64,000 nucleotides of DNA. Source: Rubripirellula sp. (GTDB lineage Bacteria; Planctomycetota; Planctomycetia; Pirellulales; Pirellulaceae). The first letter of the stretch is position 1. Every line of letters starts with the position of its first letter. The stretch is taken from assembly GCA_965216875.1 (NCBI GenBank), contig OZ244207.1:5728001-5792000 (forward strand), given 5' to 3'. The position numbers and the translations under genes are program-made. The notes beneath the pieces are model-generated. The model saw only the letters and a list, made by a program, of their open reading frames with translations. It was not told the origin of the DNA and did not search any database. Shown here piece by piece: positions 1-9,004 of the stretch.

Positions 1-660
1 ATCGAAATTGGGCCGCTGGCCGACAATGCGGAACTGGACTCCGCCATCGATCGAATCGACTCGTTCGATTGGATCACGTTCAGCAGCCGAAATGGCGTCG
101 ACTACTTTATTCGCCGTCTCAAACAACAAGGCCGCGACCTTCGAGCCCTCGGCGGTGTGAAGATCGCCGTGGTTGGCAAAAAAACGGCAATGGCACTCGA
201 GCAATATCACCTCAGCGCCGACCTGGTCCCCGACGACTTTTGTGCCGAATCACTTGCCGAGCAACTTTCATCCAACGCCGCTTCGGGACAACGCTTCCTG
301 CTTGTTGGTGCAAGTCGTGGGCGCGACGTGTTGGCAAGCCAACTTCAAAACGCCGGCGCCGATGTCACGGCGGTCGCAGCCTACGATCATCGAGATGTCG
401 AACACGCCGATCCATCGATCGCTCAATCGCTTGAAGCAGGAAAGATTGATTGGGTCACGATCACAAGCAGCGCCGCGGCGCAAAGTTTGTACCAACTCTT
501 TGGCGATCGCCTTAAAAGCGCGAAGCTTGCAAGTCTGAGCCCCATCACAACCCAAACGATCAAAGAGCTTGGCCACAACGTTGCCGCCGAAGCCGACCCG
601 TACACCATGGACGCGCTGGTCAAGTCGATTCAGCATGAATCGATACAAGAGAACGATTAG
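1..660 (+). CDS. hemD: Uroporphyrinogen-III synthase domain (5' truncated by window edge; possibly a CobA-HemD fusion)
   Basis: Frame open from base 1: IEIGP...FDWITFSSRNGV...KIAVVGKKTA...AYD...DWVTITSS...SLSPIT, typical HemD motifs. Confidence 0.85.
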   Translation: MEIGPLADNAELDSAIDRIDSFDWITFSSRNGVDYFIRRLKQQGRDLRALGGVKIAVVGKKTAMALEQYHLSADLVPDDFCAESLAEQLSSNAASGQRFLLVGASRGRDVLASQLQNAGADVTAVAAYDHRDVEHADPSIAQSLEAGKIDWVTITSSAAAQSLYQLFGDRLKSAKLASLSPITTQTIKELGHNVAAEADPYTMDALVKSIQHESIQEND

Positions 661-706
661 CCCCAAGAAACTCGTCGCTACCGAATCCCACTCCGAGGAC
701 AGAATC

Positions 707-1021
707 ATGATTCCCAAACCCTACATGCAAATGCATCAAGATCACCCCGATCTGATGAAGGCCTACGAATCGTTTGGTGAAGCAACCCGTATGGCCGGTC
801 CACTGACGGCGCGCGAGGCCGCGCTGGTCAAACTGGCGATCTCCGTCGGCGCGGGTCTCGAAGGCGCCGCCCATTCGCATTGCCGCAAAGCACTTGAAGC
901 CGGTTGCACACCGGGCGAACTTCGTCACGTCGCGCTGCTCTCGGCACCTACGATCGGCTTTCCAACCATGATGCGAGCTCGTTCGTGGGTCGAAGACGTC
1001 CTTGAAAAGCAATCGTCGTGA
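707..1021 (+). CDS. Carboxymuconolactone decarboxylase (CMD/AhpD-like) family protein, 104 aa
   Basis: ATG at 707 after GAGGA; GPLTAREAALVKLAISVG...HSHCRKALEAG...ELRHV...TIGFP pattern. Confidence 0.8.
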   Translation: MIPKPYMQMHQDHPDLMKAYESFGEATRMAGPLTAREAALVKLAISVGAGLEGAAHSHCRKALEAGCTPGELRHVALLSAPTIGFPTMMRARSWVEDVLEKQSS

Positions 1022-1599
1022 CGCGAACGTTGTTGGGTGCCGTCCTTTGTGGCGGTCGATCAAAACGTATGGGTCGCGACAAAGCGTTGCTCGAAACCGG
1101 CGACGGGATTCGTTTCATCGACCATGCCATCGATCGACTCGGGCCACTCTGCGACAAGGTCTGCCTTTCCGGGGCAAGTGACTACGACACAGGCTCGACC
1201 GTCGTGGCCGACATCGTTCCGGATCCACCGGATGCCCCCAATCCAATGGGGCCCGCCGTGGCGGTGATCAGTGTCTTGAAACACGGGACCGAAGAGAGCT
1301 TTGACGGTTGCCTTTTCACACCGGTCGACATGCCCTACCTGACCCGGCAAGATCTCATGTTGCTTCGCGACGCTTGGAAACAGGATCCCCAAACCCTTGT
1401 CTGTGGGATTAGCGATAACGATCGCATCCTCCAACCGCTCGTCGCGATTTACCCAGCGTCGTGTTGCAACCGATTGCAGGAAGCGGTCGTAAGTGGCCAG
1501 CGGTCGCTGCGACGGTGGATAAAAAATGAACCACACACTGAAGTCACGCTCTCGGATGATGCGTGCCGAAACCTCAATCGCCCCGAAGACTTGTCCTGA
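1018..1599 (+). CDS. mobA: Molybdenum cofactor guanylyltransferase
   Basis: LCGGRSKRMGRDKALL, GP, PVDMP, QPLVAIY, NLNRPEDL motifs; GTGA overlap with the upstream gene. Confidence 0.9.
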   Translation: MTRTLLGAVLCGGRSKRMGRDKALLETGDGIRFIDHAIDRLGPLCDKVCLSGASDYDTGSTVVADIVPDPPDAPNPMGPAVAVISVLKHGTEESFDGCLFTPVDMPYLTRQDLMLLRDAWKQDPQTLVCGISDNDRILQPLVAIYPASCCNRLQEAVVSGQRSLRRWIKNEPHTEVTLSDDACRNLNRPEDLS

Positions 1600-1638
1600 T
1601 CACGTGGACGCACCCTGCTTGCCAAACTGAATAGCCCA

Positions 1639-2838
1639 ATGCCTGGAAAGTTCAAATTCGATTCGCCAGAAACGGCACTTCACGCACTCGCCGCCAAACT
1701 TCACACGGTCGATTCAGCCGACGCGAGTGCTGACCCGACCGGACAAGCCCTGTTCGAAGATCTCGTTGCCGATCGGGACAGTCCTGCGGCAGACGTTTCG
1801 GCAATGGACGGATACGCCGTCGAACTCGATGCGCTGAACCAAGCGGGCGAGATTCAGGTCGTGGGTGAAAGTGCGCCCGGTGCCGCGCCCCCTTCGTTAC
1901 AAACGGGCACCGCCGTGCGGATCTTTACCGGCGCGATCGTGCCTGCTGAAGCGGACTTGGTCATCAAACGCGAAGATACCGACGAATCCGAAACCGCAAT
2001 CGTGCTTTCCAACGCCGCCAAACAACTCGGCACTGGCGAGAACATCCGTCGTGCAGGCGAAAACGCAAGGCAAGGTGCGATCGTCCTCTCAAGAGGCACG
2101 CAAGTCACCGCAGCCGTTCGCGCAACGATGGCGAACTTTGGTGTCTACCAAGCCAAAACGTTTCGACCGGTGCGCGTCAGCATCATCACCTCGGGCAATG
2201 AAGTCGGTTTGTTCGAAGACGCATCCCCCGAAGCGTGGCAACTGCGAAACAGCAATCGCTTTGCCATCGAATCGCTACTTGCCAAACCATGGATCAACCT
2301 CGTCGGTGCGCATCATTGTCGCGACGACCAACAATCACTTCACGAAACCGTCCAAAAATGCATCTCCGAATCCGATGCGGTTCTGTTGACCGGTGGCGTT
2401 TCGATGGGTGACTACGACTACGTGCCCGATGTGGTCGCGGGCGCCGGCGGCGAAATTGTTTTTCACGGCCTGCCGATCCGGCCAGGCAAACCGATCCTGG
2501 GAGCGGCCACGGGTGATGGAAAGCTGATCATCGGTCTGCCAGGCAATCCGGTCAGTGCCACCGTTTGTTGTCACCGCTTTGCCTTGCCGCTGCTTGCCAA
2601 GATGAATGGCCAAACCGATTGGAACCCGTCGCAAACAAAGATCCCGTTTGCGGGAGCGGGTGACAAAACGATCCCATTGCATTGGATGCGGTTGGCAAAG
2701 CTAACGCCCGACGGCGCCGTCGCGATTCAAAGCCAAGGCTCAGGCGACTTGGTTTCGCTAGGTCAAAGCACCGGGTATGTCGAAGTCGCCCCCAGTGAAA
2801 GCGGTCCCGGCCCCTGGCCCTACCGAGCCTGGCAGTAG
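1639..2838 (+). CDS. moeA: Molybdopterin molybdotransferase
   Basis: SAMDGYAV, RIFTGA, SGNE, TGGVSMGDYD, RPGKP, GLPGNPVS motifs. Confidence 0.95.
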   Translation: MPGKFKFDSPETALHALAAKLHTVDSADASADPTGQALFEDLVADRDSPAADVSAMDGYAVELDALNQAGEIQVVGESAPGAAPPSLQTGTAVRIFTGAIVPAEADLVIKREDTDESETAIVLSNAAKQLGTGENIRRAGENARQGAIVLSRGTQVTAAVRATMANFGVYQAKTFRPVRVSIITSGNEVGLFEDASPEAWQLRNSNRFAIESLLAKPWINLVGAHHCRDDQQSLHETVQKCISESDAVLLTGGVSMGDYDYVPDVVAGAGGEIVFHGLPIRPGKPILGAATGDGKLIIGLPGNPVSATVCCHRFALPLLAKMNGQTDWNPSQTKIPFAGAGDKTIPLHWMRLAKLTPDGAVAIQSQGSGDLVSLGQSTGYVEVAPSESGPGPWPYRAWQ

Positions 2839-2874
2839 GCCGGATCAAGGAGCGACAGCGACGCAGATCCGGCA
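2835..2874 (+). repeat. GTAG-type REP-like palindrome, family A (GTAGGCCGGAT...ATCCGGCA)
   Basis: Identical 40-nt reverse-complement copy at 42911-42950 and a variant at 49082-49119; includes the moeA stop codon. Confidence 0.85.
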
Positions 2875-2885
2875 CGGTCTCCCCC

Positions 2886-2917
2886 TGAGCCGCTGGCCGT
2901 CAGGCCCCGGGCCCTTG
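2886..2917 (+). repeat. TGAGCCG-type palindromic repeat (family E)
   Basis: tgagccgctggccgtcaggccccgggcccttg; near-identical at 39771, reverse variant at 53801-53832. Confidence 0.7.
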
Positions 2918-2961
2918 GCCCTTGGCCCTTGGAACGCGTGCTAACGGTACAGGGTCCGACA

Positions 2962-4344
2962 CTACGCGATGATGTCGGTCATCACGTTTCCGTGAACGTC
3001 GGTCAAACGGAAATCACGGCCGGCGTAACGGTAAGTCAGTTGTTCGTGGTCGAGACCCAACAGATGCAGAATCGTGGCGTGCCAGTCGTGAATGTGGCAC
3101 TTGTCCTCGACCGCTTCATAACCATGTTCGTCGGTGTTGCCGTAGCTGAAACCACCTTTGACGCCTCCGCCAGCCATCCAGGTCGTGTAGCCCTTGTTGT
3201 TGTGATTTCGGCCATCGCCATTCTGGGCTGCCGGAGTTCGTCCGAACTCGCCGCCCCAAATCACGAGCGTGTCTTTCAACATGTCGCGTTGCTTCAAGTC
3301 TTGCAGCAAGCCGGCAATCGGTTTGTCACACGCCTCGGCACGCAGTTGATGATCGGTTGAAAGGTTGACGTGTTGATCCCAGTTGCCGTGCGTCACTTCG
3401 ACGAACCGCACGCCCGCTTCGATGAAACGTCGCGCGAGTAAGCACTGACGACCAAATCCAGCCGTTTCGCCACCGTCGGCTCCGTACATCGCAAGGGTTT
3501 CTTGCGATTCGTTTGACGTGTCCATCAATTCCGGCATCGCGTCCTGCATTCGGAACGCGAGTTCGTACGATTCGATTACCCCTTCGACGCCCGGTTGGTT
3601 CTTTTCGCGACGCAGCTTTTCGCGATTCAATGCTTGAACGAAATCAAGCTGGCTGCGTTGCTGCTTTTCCGACAGACGCGGGTTCTTGATATCGGGCACA
3701 GACTGACCACTCGCACCCGCGCGGGCGATTCGCTGTGCGGCTCGGCCACCACGGCCCACCTTGGTCCCTCCGTAGATTGCAGGCAGGAACGAACTGCCAT
3801 AGTTACGCGAACTCCCCGATGGCGGACTCAGCGAAACGAACCCTGGCAAGCTATCGTTTTCAGTCCCGAGTCCGTACAAAGTCCAAGCGCCGAGCGACGG
3901 ACGAATGAACTGAGCCGTTCCAGTGTGCATCTGCGTCATCGCACCCGGATGAACCGGTTGGTCACACTGCATCGAACGAATCAGACAGAGGTCGTCGGCG
4001 TGTCCAGCAACATTGGGAAAGAGATCGGAAATCCAAAGACCGCTTTCACCGCGCTGACGAAACTCCCAAGGCGACTTCAACAGCGTCCCGCCGTAGCGTC
4101 CACCTTTACCGTGGTCTTGTTTGAGCTGGGGTTTGTAGTCGAACGTATCGACGTGCGACGGGCCGCCCTGCATGCACAGGAAGATCACCCGCTTGGCCTT
4201 CGCAGGAAAATGCGGTGCCTTGGGCGCGAGTGGGTTGTTGTTGGCCGCTTCCTCGGTCGCCGACGCCATGCTGCTGAGTCCCGCGAACGCGAGGTACCCA
4301 AAACCAGCGGATGCGTTTTGCAAGACTTCTCGTCGAGTAAACAT
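2962..4344 (-). CDS. DUF1501 domain protein with Tat signal
   Basis: TRREVL Tat motif; AKRVIFLCMQGGPSHVDTFDYKP, RRFIEAGVRFVEV, WDQH, GEFGRTP, GRNH. Confidence 0.92.
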   Translation of the reverse strand: MFTRREVLQNASAGFGYLAFAGLSSMASATEEAANNNPLAPKAPHFPAKAKRVIFLCMQGGPSHVDTFDYKPQLKQDHGKGGRYGGTLLKSPWEFRQRGESGLWISDLFPNVAGHADDLCLIRSMQCDQPVHPGAMTQMHTGTAQFIRPSLGAWTLYGLGTENDSLPGFVSLSPPSGSSRNYGSSFLPAIYGGTKVGRGGRAAQRIARAGASGQSVPDIKNPRLSEKQQRSQLDFVQALNREKLRREKNQPGVEGVIESYELAFRMQDAMPELMDTSNESQETLAMYGADGGETAGFGRQCLLARRFIEAGVRFVEVTHGNWDQHVNLSTDHQLRAEACDKPIAGLLQDLKQRDMLKDTLVIWGGEFGRTPAAQNGDGRNHNNKGYTTWMAGGGVKGGFSYGNTDEHGYEAVEDKCHIHDWHATILHLLGLDHEQLTYRYAGRDFRLTDVHGNVMTDIIA

Positions 4345-4398
4345 GAACCAATCCTGTGGTGAAAATCCAAGGCGAAATGTATGACTGGCAAGCAGCGA

Positions 4399-7284
4399 CT
4401 AGTCGATGTACCGGAACTCGGCCGACGCGAACAAACTTTGACAAAGGGCGATGAGTGTTTCCTTACCGCGTGAACGCAACTGCGTCGTGGTTGTCGGCGC
4501 GAATGATTTAAAGAACGAAGCAGTCGCAGCGCGTTCGCCACTGGTCGGTGGACGTCCATAAGCGAGCACGAAAGCGGCGCGAATTTGATCACTCATGCGT
4601 TCGTTGTTTTCGACGATCCGATCGGCAAAGGCCTCGCTCTGCTGCAGGACGAACGGGTTGTTCATCATGTAGAGCGCCTGGTTGGCTGTATTGGAGGCTT
4701 CCCGCGTCCCTGTCACCGTACTCGCGTCTGCAAAGTCAAAAACTTCCATCGACCGCGGCAACTCATCGCGAACGATCGGCAGGTAGACACTGCGGAACTT
4801 GGCGTCTTGCATGTCGAGTTGGTTTTGCACTCGTTCCGCGATTGCTTGAAAATCAAAACCACTAGGGCGTTGACCGGGACGTCCCATGTTTTGTCCGGCC
4901 ATGTTTTGCCGTCCCATTCCGGGTCGACCTTGACTTTGTCGCCCCATTCCAGGACGCCCTTCGCCGCCAGCGAATCGGTTACGTTGTGGAGATTGGGCTT
5001 GTTGTTGACCGCGTCCGCCTTGCTGGTTTCCGCCACGGAAATTTCCTCGGCCGCCAAACTGCCCGCCACCGAACTGCCCGCCACCGAACTGCCCACCACC
5101 GGGGCGTCCACCCGCTTGCATGCGGCCACGCATGGAGGATCCACCTGCCATCTTGCTTGCCAGTTCCCGTGCCATTTCACGAGGATCTCGCAGGGCGCCA
5201 TCTCGCACACGTACGTAACCAGCTTTGGCCACTTCACTTCCGCGTGGCCGATCCAGTTCGATCTCACCACTGACGCTCAACATTGCGTCGCGAATCGCTT
5301 CGGCGTCCAACCGCCGCGGATTGGCTCGCCACACCAACGCGTTGTCGGGGTCATATTCAAAGCTGCGTTGATCAAACTCGCTGCTAACGCGATAGATATG
5401 CGAGGTAGCGATTTCGCGAACAATCGATTTGACGGACCAACCTGATTCCACAAACCGAACCGCCAAGTAATCGAGCAATTCTGGATGACTCGGCGCCTGG
5501 CCGGTCACGCCAAAGTTCTCGGTCGATGTCACCAGTCCTTGGCCGATCATGTGCTGCCAAATCCGATTGACCATCACGCGAGCGGTCAACGGATTGTCAT
5601 CGCTTCCGATCCAGCGAGCCAATTCCAAACGGCCACTCGAACTGGTACCGATCGTGGGCGAATGATCACAAAGTGCTTGAGGGAAACCACGTTTGATCAC
5701 CGGACCGCGTTGGTCGATTTCACCTCGAGCCAGCAGCGGAATGTCTCGAACCGATTCGCGATCCTGAACGCCCATGCAATAGCTTCGGGGGTTTCCATCG
5801 TTGTCGACGACCGAAAGCTTGGCTGAAATCGTTGCGAGCTGGTTTGCAGCACGCAGCCGTTGTTGTTGCGCTGTTCGCGCGTTGCCGGTATCGCTGCCTG
5901 CGTTTCGATTGCGACGCAGTTGGGCGAGCTGGTCCATCTGATCCCGCATCGAATCTTTCAGCTCTTGGAGCTCATTGGAGCTGTACCGCTTGTCGAAGGG
6001 ATTCGGATCCTCAACGGGCAGCAGAATCAAACTACTCGTGCGTCTCGCCTGCACTCCCGAGAAGTTGCCGTACTCGGAGGGCGGATTGCCAAAAAAGGTC
6101 TCCGTGCTGGCGAAGATTCCGGCCAGAGCGTAATAGTCCGTTTGCGGAATCGCGTCGAACTTGTGGTCGTGGCATCGTGCACATGCAACCGATGTACCAA
6201 GGAACACGCGAGTGGTCGCATCGATTTGTTCGTCAACGACATCCGCTGCAAACTGAACCGCATTCTGTTCGTTGACGTTTTTGGGGCCCATCGCCAGAAA
6301 ACTCGTGGCGACCAAGTTCTTCGCCCACTGCTGGTCGCTCTTGACGGGCAACAAGTCACCGGCGATCTGTTCTTGCACAAACTGATCAAACGGTTTGTCT
6401 TCGTTGAACGAGTCAATCACGTAGTCTCGATATCGCCACGCATGGGGGTAGGTCATGTTGACTTCGCGGCCCGTCGATTCGCCGTACCGTGCAACGTCGA
6501 GCCAATGACGTCCCCAGCGTTCGCCAAATTGTTCTTTTTGAAGAAGCTGGTCCACAACAAACGCGATCGCTTCTTGCGGGTCTTCGTCCCACTTCGATTC
6601 AAAGTACTTGATCTGCTCAGGACTCGGTGGCAATCCGACAAGGTCAAAGCAAAGTCGACGGAGCACTTTGTAGGCCGTTGCGTCTTCGCTTGGCGCGAGT
6701 CCTGATTGTTCCAGGTTGGCAAGAATGTGCCGGTCGATGTCGGACTGCACCCAAGTTTCGTTTTCGACTTGGGGTGCCTTGTTCTTTTCTGGTTTCTTGT
6801 ACGCCCAAAAGGTTTCTTTGGCGTGCTGAATGTCTTCTTCCGAGATCGTCGATTTGATCTCAGCAACTTTGGTTTGCCGCGGATCGGGTGCGCCCATTTC
6901 GATCCACTTGCGGAAGTCGGCGATCACTTCGTCCGACAGTTTGCGTTTGGGCGGCATCACGAAGTCTTCGTGAGTCATCGCGGTGTAGAGCAAACTCAGG
7001 TCGGGTTCACCTGGAACAACGGCTGGCCCGCTGCTTCCCCCAATGTGCGTCAACTCGCGCGTATCGAGCCGTAGTCCACCACGAACATTTCCAGCCTTGG
7101 TCGAATGGCAGCCGTAACACTCTTTGATCAAAACGGGACGAATCTTCGACTCGAAGAATTTCACCTCATCAGCGGTGAGCGCCTCTTCCGCACGCGCCGG
7201 CGTCACCGCCATCGTGGCCACCAAGACCAAACCCATAGCGATCGTGATGGCGTGAAGGTTCAAAGCGTGTGAATTTCGTTTCAT
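4399..7284 (-). CDS. Planctomycete cytochrome c (PSCyt1) + DUF1549 + DUF1553 protein
   Basis: FFESKIRPVL..CYGCH, GERWGRHWLDVARY, CARCHDHKFD, NPLTARVMVNRIWQH, PSHPELLDYLA; start moved to MKRNSH (signal peptide follows). Confidence 0.92.
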   Translation of the reverse strand: MKRNSHALNLHAITIAMGLVLVATMAVTPARAEEALTADEVKFFESKIRPVLIKECYGCHSTKAGNVRGGLRLDTRELTHIGGSSGPAVVPGEPDLSLLYTAMTHEDFVMPPKRKLSDEVIADFRKWIEMGAPDPRQTKVAEIKSTISEEDIQHAKETFWAYKKPEKNKAPQVENETWVQSDIDRHILANLEQSGLAPSEDATAYKVLRRLCFDLVGLPPSPEQIKYFESKWDEDPQEAIAFVVDQLLQKEQFGERWGRHWLDVARYGESTGREVNMTYPHAWRYRDYVIDSFNEDKPFDQFVQEQIAGDLLPVKSDQQWAKNLVATSFLAMGPKNVNEQNAVQFAADVVDEQIDATTRVFLGTSVACARCHDHKFDAIPQTDYYALAGIFASTETFFGNPPSEYGNFSGVQARRTSSLILLPVEDPNPFDKRYSSNELQELKDSMRDQMDQLAQLRRNRNAGSDTGNARTAQQQRLRAANQLATISAKLSVVDNDGNPRSYCMGVQDRESVRDIPLLARGEIDQRGPVIKRGFPQALCDHSPTIGTSSSGRLELARWIGSDDNPLTARVMVNRIWQHMIGQGLVTSTENFGVTGQAPSHPELLDYLAVRFVESGWSVKSIVREIATSHIYRVSSEFDQRSFEYDPDNALVWRANPRRLDAEAIRDAMLSVSGEIELDRPRGSEVAKAGYVRVRDGALRDPREMARELASKMAGGSSMRGRMQAGGRPGGGQFGGGQFGGGQFGGRGNFRGGNQQGGRGQQQAQSPQRNRFAGGEGRPGMGRQSQGRPGMGRQNMAGQNMGRPGQRPSGFDFQAIAERVQNQLDMQDAKFRSVYLPIVRDELPRSMEVFDFADASTVTGTREASNTANQALYMMNNPFVLQQSEAFADRIVENNERMSDQIRAAFVLAYGRPPTSGERAATASFFKSFAPTTTTQLRSRGKETLIALCQSLFASAEFRYID

Positions 7285-7524
7285 CGTCACTGCTCGTCTT
7301 GTCGTTGACGTCACGTTCTCTGCTCTCGCTAGAAATGTACCCCTCGCGGAATGTGAAACCGCGAAAAGATGCCTGATGTTTCGGAAGAAAACGCCGATTG
7401 CGGAGGAGGTAGGCCGGGTCAAGGAGCCACAGCGACGCTGATCCGTCATGATCCTCTCCGTCAGCGTCGTTTGCAGCACCACCTTGAGGTGGCTTGCGGA
7501 AGATTCCGGCCAAAGCCGGTCGTT

Positions 7525-7986
7525 TTAGACGTCGTTGCCAGGACGCTTTGGTCGCTCGCCACCGGGAACGCCAGCGTCGTCGCCTCGATTGCGTTTGCCG
7601 CCTGCTTTTCCACCGGGCTTGCCAGCACCCGCTTGGCCTGGACCGCCTGGGCGTCGACGCATTCCCTGGCCTTGCCCAGGTCCTTGACCCTGTCCACCAC
7701 GTTGTCGCATGGCGGTCATCGCTGCGCCCAACTCGGTTGCATCAAGTTTCTGGTCGCCGTCTTTGTCGAATCGTTGAATCATCATGCGAGCCATTTCCGA
7801 AGGATCTCGCGAACCACGTTGGCCTTGTCCTTGTCCGCGTTGTCCTTGACCGGCTCCCTTACCACCTGGGCCGCCGGCGCGTTGCCCTTTCTTGCCGCCT
7901 TCCCCTGCTCCGGGAGGTGCAGCAAAGCTTTCGGCGGTGAAGAAGGACATGGCGACGAACGCTGTCATCAGTGCAAACAGTCTCAT
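7525..7986 (-). CDS. Secreted Gly/Gln-rich protein with one EF-hand
   Basis: Signal peptide (..ESFA); FDKDGDQKLDATEL EF-hand flanked by low-complexity G/Q/R stretches. Confidence 0.8.
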   Translation of the reverse strand: MRLFALMTAFVAMSFFTAESFAAPPGAGEGGKKGQRAGGPGGKGAGQGQRGQGQGQRGSRDPSEMARMMIQRFDKDGDQKLDATELGAAMTAMRQRGGQGQGPGQGQGMRRRPGGPGQAGAGKPGGKAGGKRNRGDDAGVPGGERPKRPGNDV

Positions 7987-8164
7987 GGGAGTGCTTCCGG
8001 TTATTTGGATTATGTGGTTGAAACAAACCGCATGAGTCTTCTGCGGCTAGTCTGTCAAACGGAGCCGATCTCGAATTGAGGACACCCCTCGGTCAGGTTT
8101 TTCAAAAAAACGCGGATCGATCGGCAAAAAGCGAGGTTTCATAAGAAGGGTGGGATGCGTCCAC

Positions 8165-8190
8165 TGGGAGGGTGAGGCTCCCGCCGAACC
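8165..8190 (+). repeat. Palindromic repeat family D (TGGGAGGGYGAGGCTCCCGCCGA)
   Basis: Related copies at 11763, 11808 and 11830. Confidence 0.65.
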
Positions 8191-8245
8191 GAGTCTCCAT
8201 CCCGCAGGAGCGTACCCCTTGCCATTCTCATGACAGGTCGCGGAT

Positions 8246-8266
8246 GTCATGCGGAGCATGACCTAC
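8246..8266 (-). repeat. GTAG-type REP-like palindrome, family B (GTAGGTCATGCTCCGCATGAC)
   Basis: Copies at 11899-11919, 26898-26918, 39677-39697; partial copy at 53662. Confidence 0.85.
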
Positions 8267-8349
8267 GAGATCACGAACCCAAACCGAGCTCACGCCAAAA
8301 ACGTGACGGCGGGCTACAATCGTGTGATTCCCTTTTCAGCTAGTGTTTT

Positions 8350-8988
8350 ATGACCGACGTTCCCGAAAACATCTCGGACGATCTGTTACGCAATATGCGA
8401 GACGGCAGCGAAGAAGCGCTGGCGGAGGTCTTTTCGCACTATCGTGAGCGGCTGCGACGCATCATTCGGTTTCGGATCGATTACCGCGTGGCGGGTCGAA
8501 TCTCCGACTCGGACGTCTTGCAAGACACCTACATCGCCGCAGCAAAACGACTCGATCATTTTGTCGGCAATGATGAGATGCCACCGTTTCTGTGGCTTCG
8601 TTTGGTCGCATCCCAACAACTCGTTGACCTGCACCGCCAACACCTGCAAGCCGAGATGCGAGACGTCCGCAAAGAGGTGTCGCTTCAACATTCGCAACCA
8701 TCGCCACACACCTCGATGGCCATCGCCGCGCAACTGGCTGGCAAAGTCACGGCGGTCAGCGAAGTGGTTGCCCGAGCCGAACGAATCGAGCGTCTCGAAA
8801 AAACACTCAACGAAATGGATCCCATCGACCGCGAAGTCATCGCTCTGCGTCATTTCGAAGAACTCTCGAACGTCGAAACCGCTCGTGTGTTGGACATTGA
8901 AAAATCGGCAGCAAGTAAACGTTACGTCCGTGCCATGGCGCGACTTGGTGAACTGATGGCCGAGTTCGCTGCCTCGGAACAAGCGTGA
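8350..8988 (+). CDS. ECF sigma-70 factor (planctomycete kinase-associated type)
   Basis: Region 2: YRERLRRIIRFR..RISDSDVLQD..FLWLRLVA; region 4: DREVIALRHFEELSNVETARVL..ASKRYVRA. Confidence 0.92.
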   Translation: MTDVPENISDDLLRNMRDGSEEALAEVFSHYRERLRRIIRFRIDYRVAGRISDSDVLQDTYIAAAKRLDHFVGNDEMPPFLWLRLVASQQLVDLHRQHLQAEMRDVRKEVSLQHSQPSPHTSMAIAAQLAGKVTAVSEVVARAERIERLEKTLNEMDPIDREVIALRHFEELSNVETARVLDIEKSAASKRYVRAMARLGELMAEFAASEQA

Positions 8989-9004
8989 TGAAAGGCGCGA
9001 GATC

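Noticed and set aside
7285..7482. N-terminal extension of the 1027-aa ORF
   Set aside because: A signal peptide follows the ATG at 7284; the extension looks non-coding
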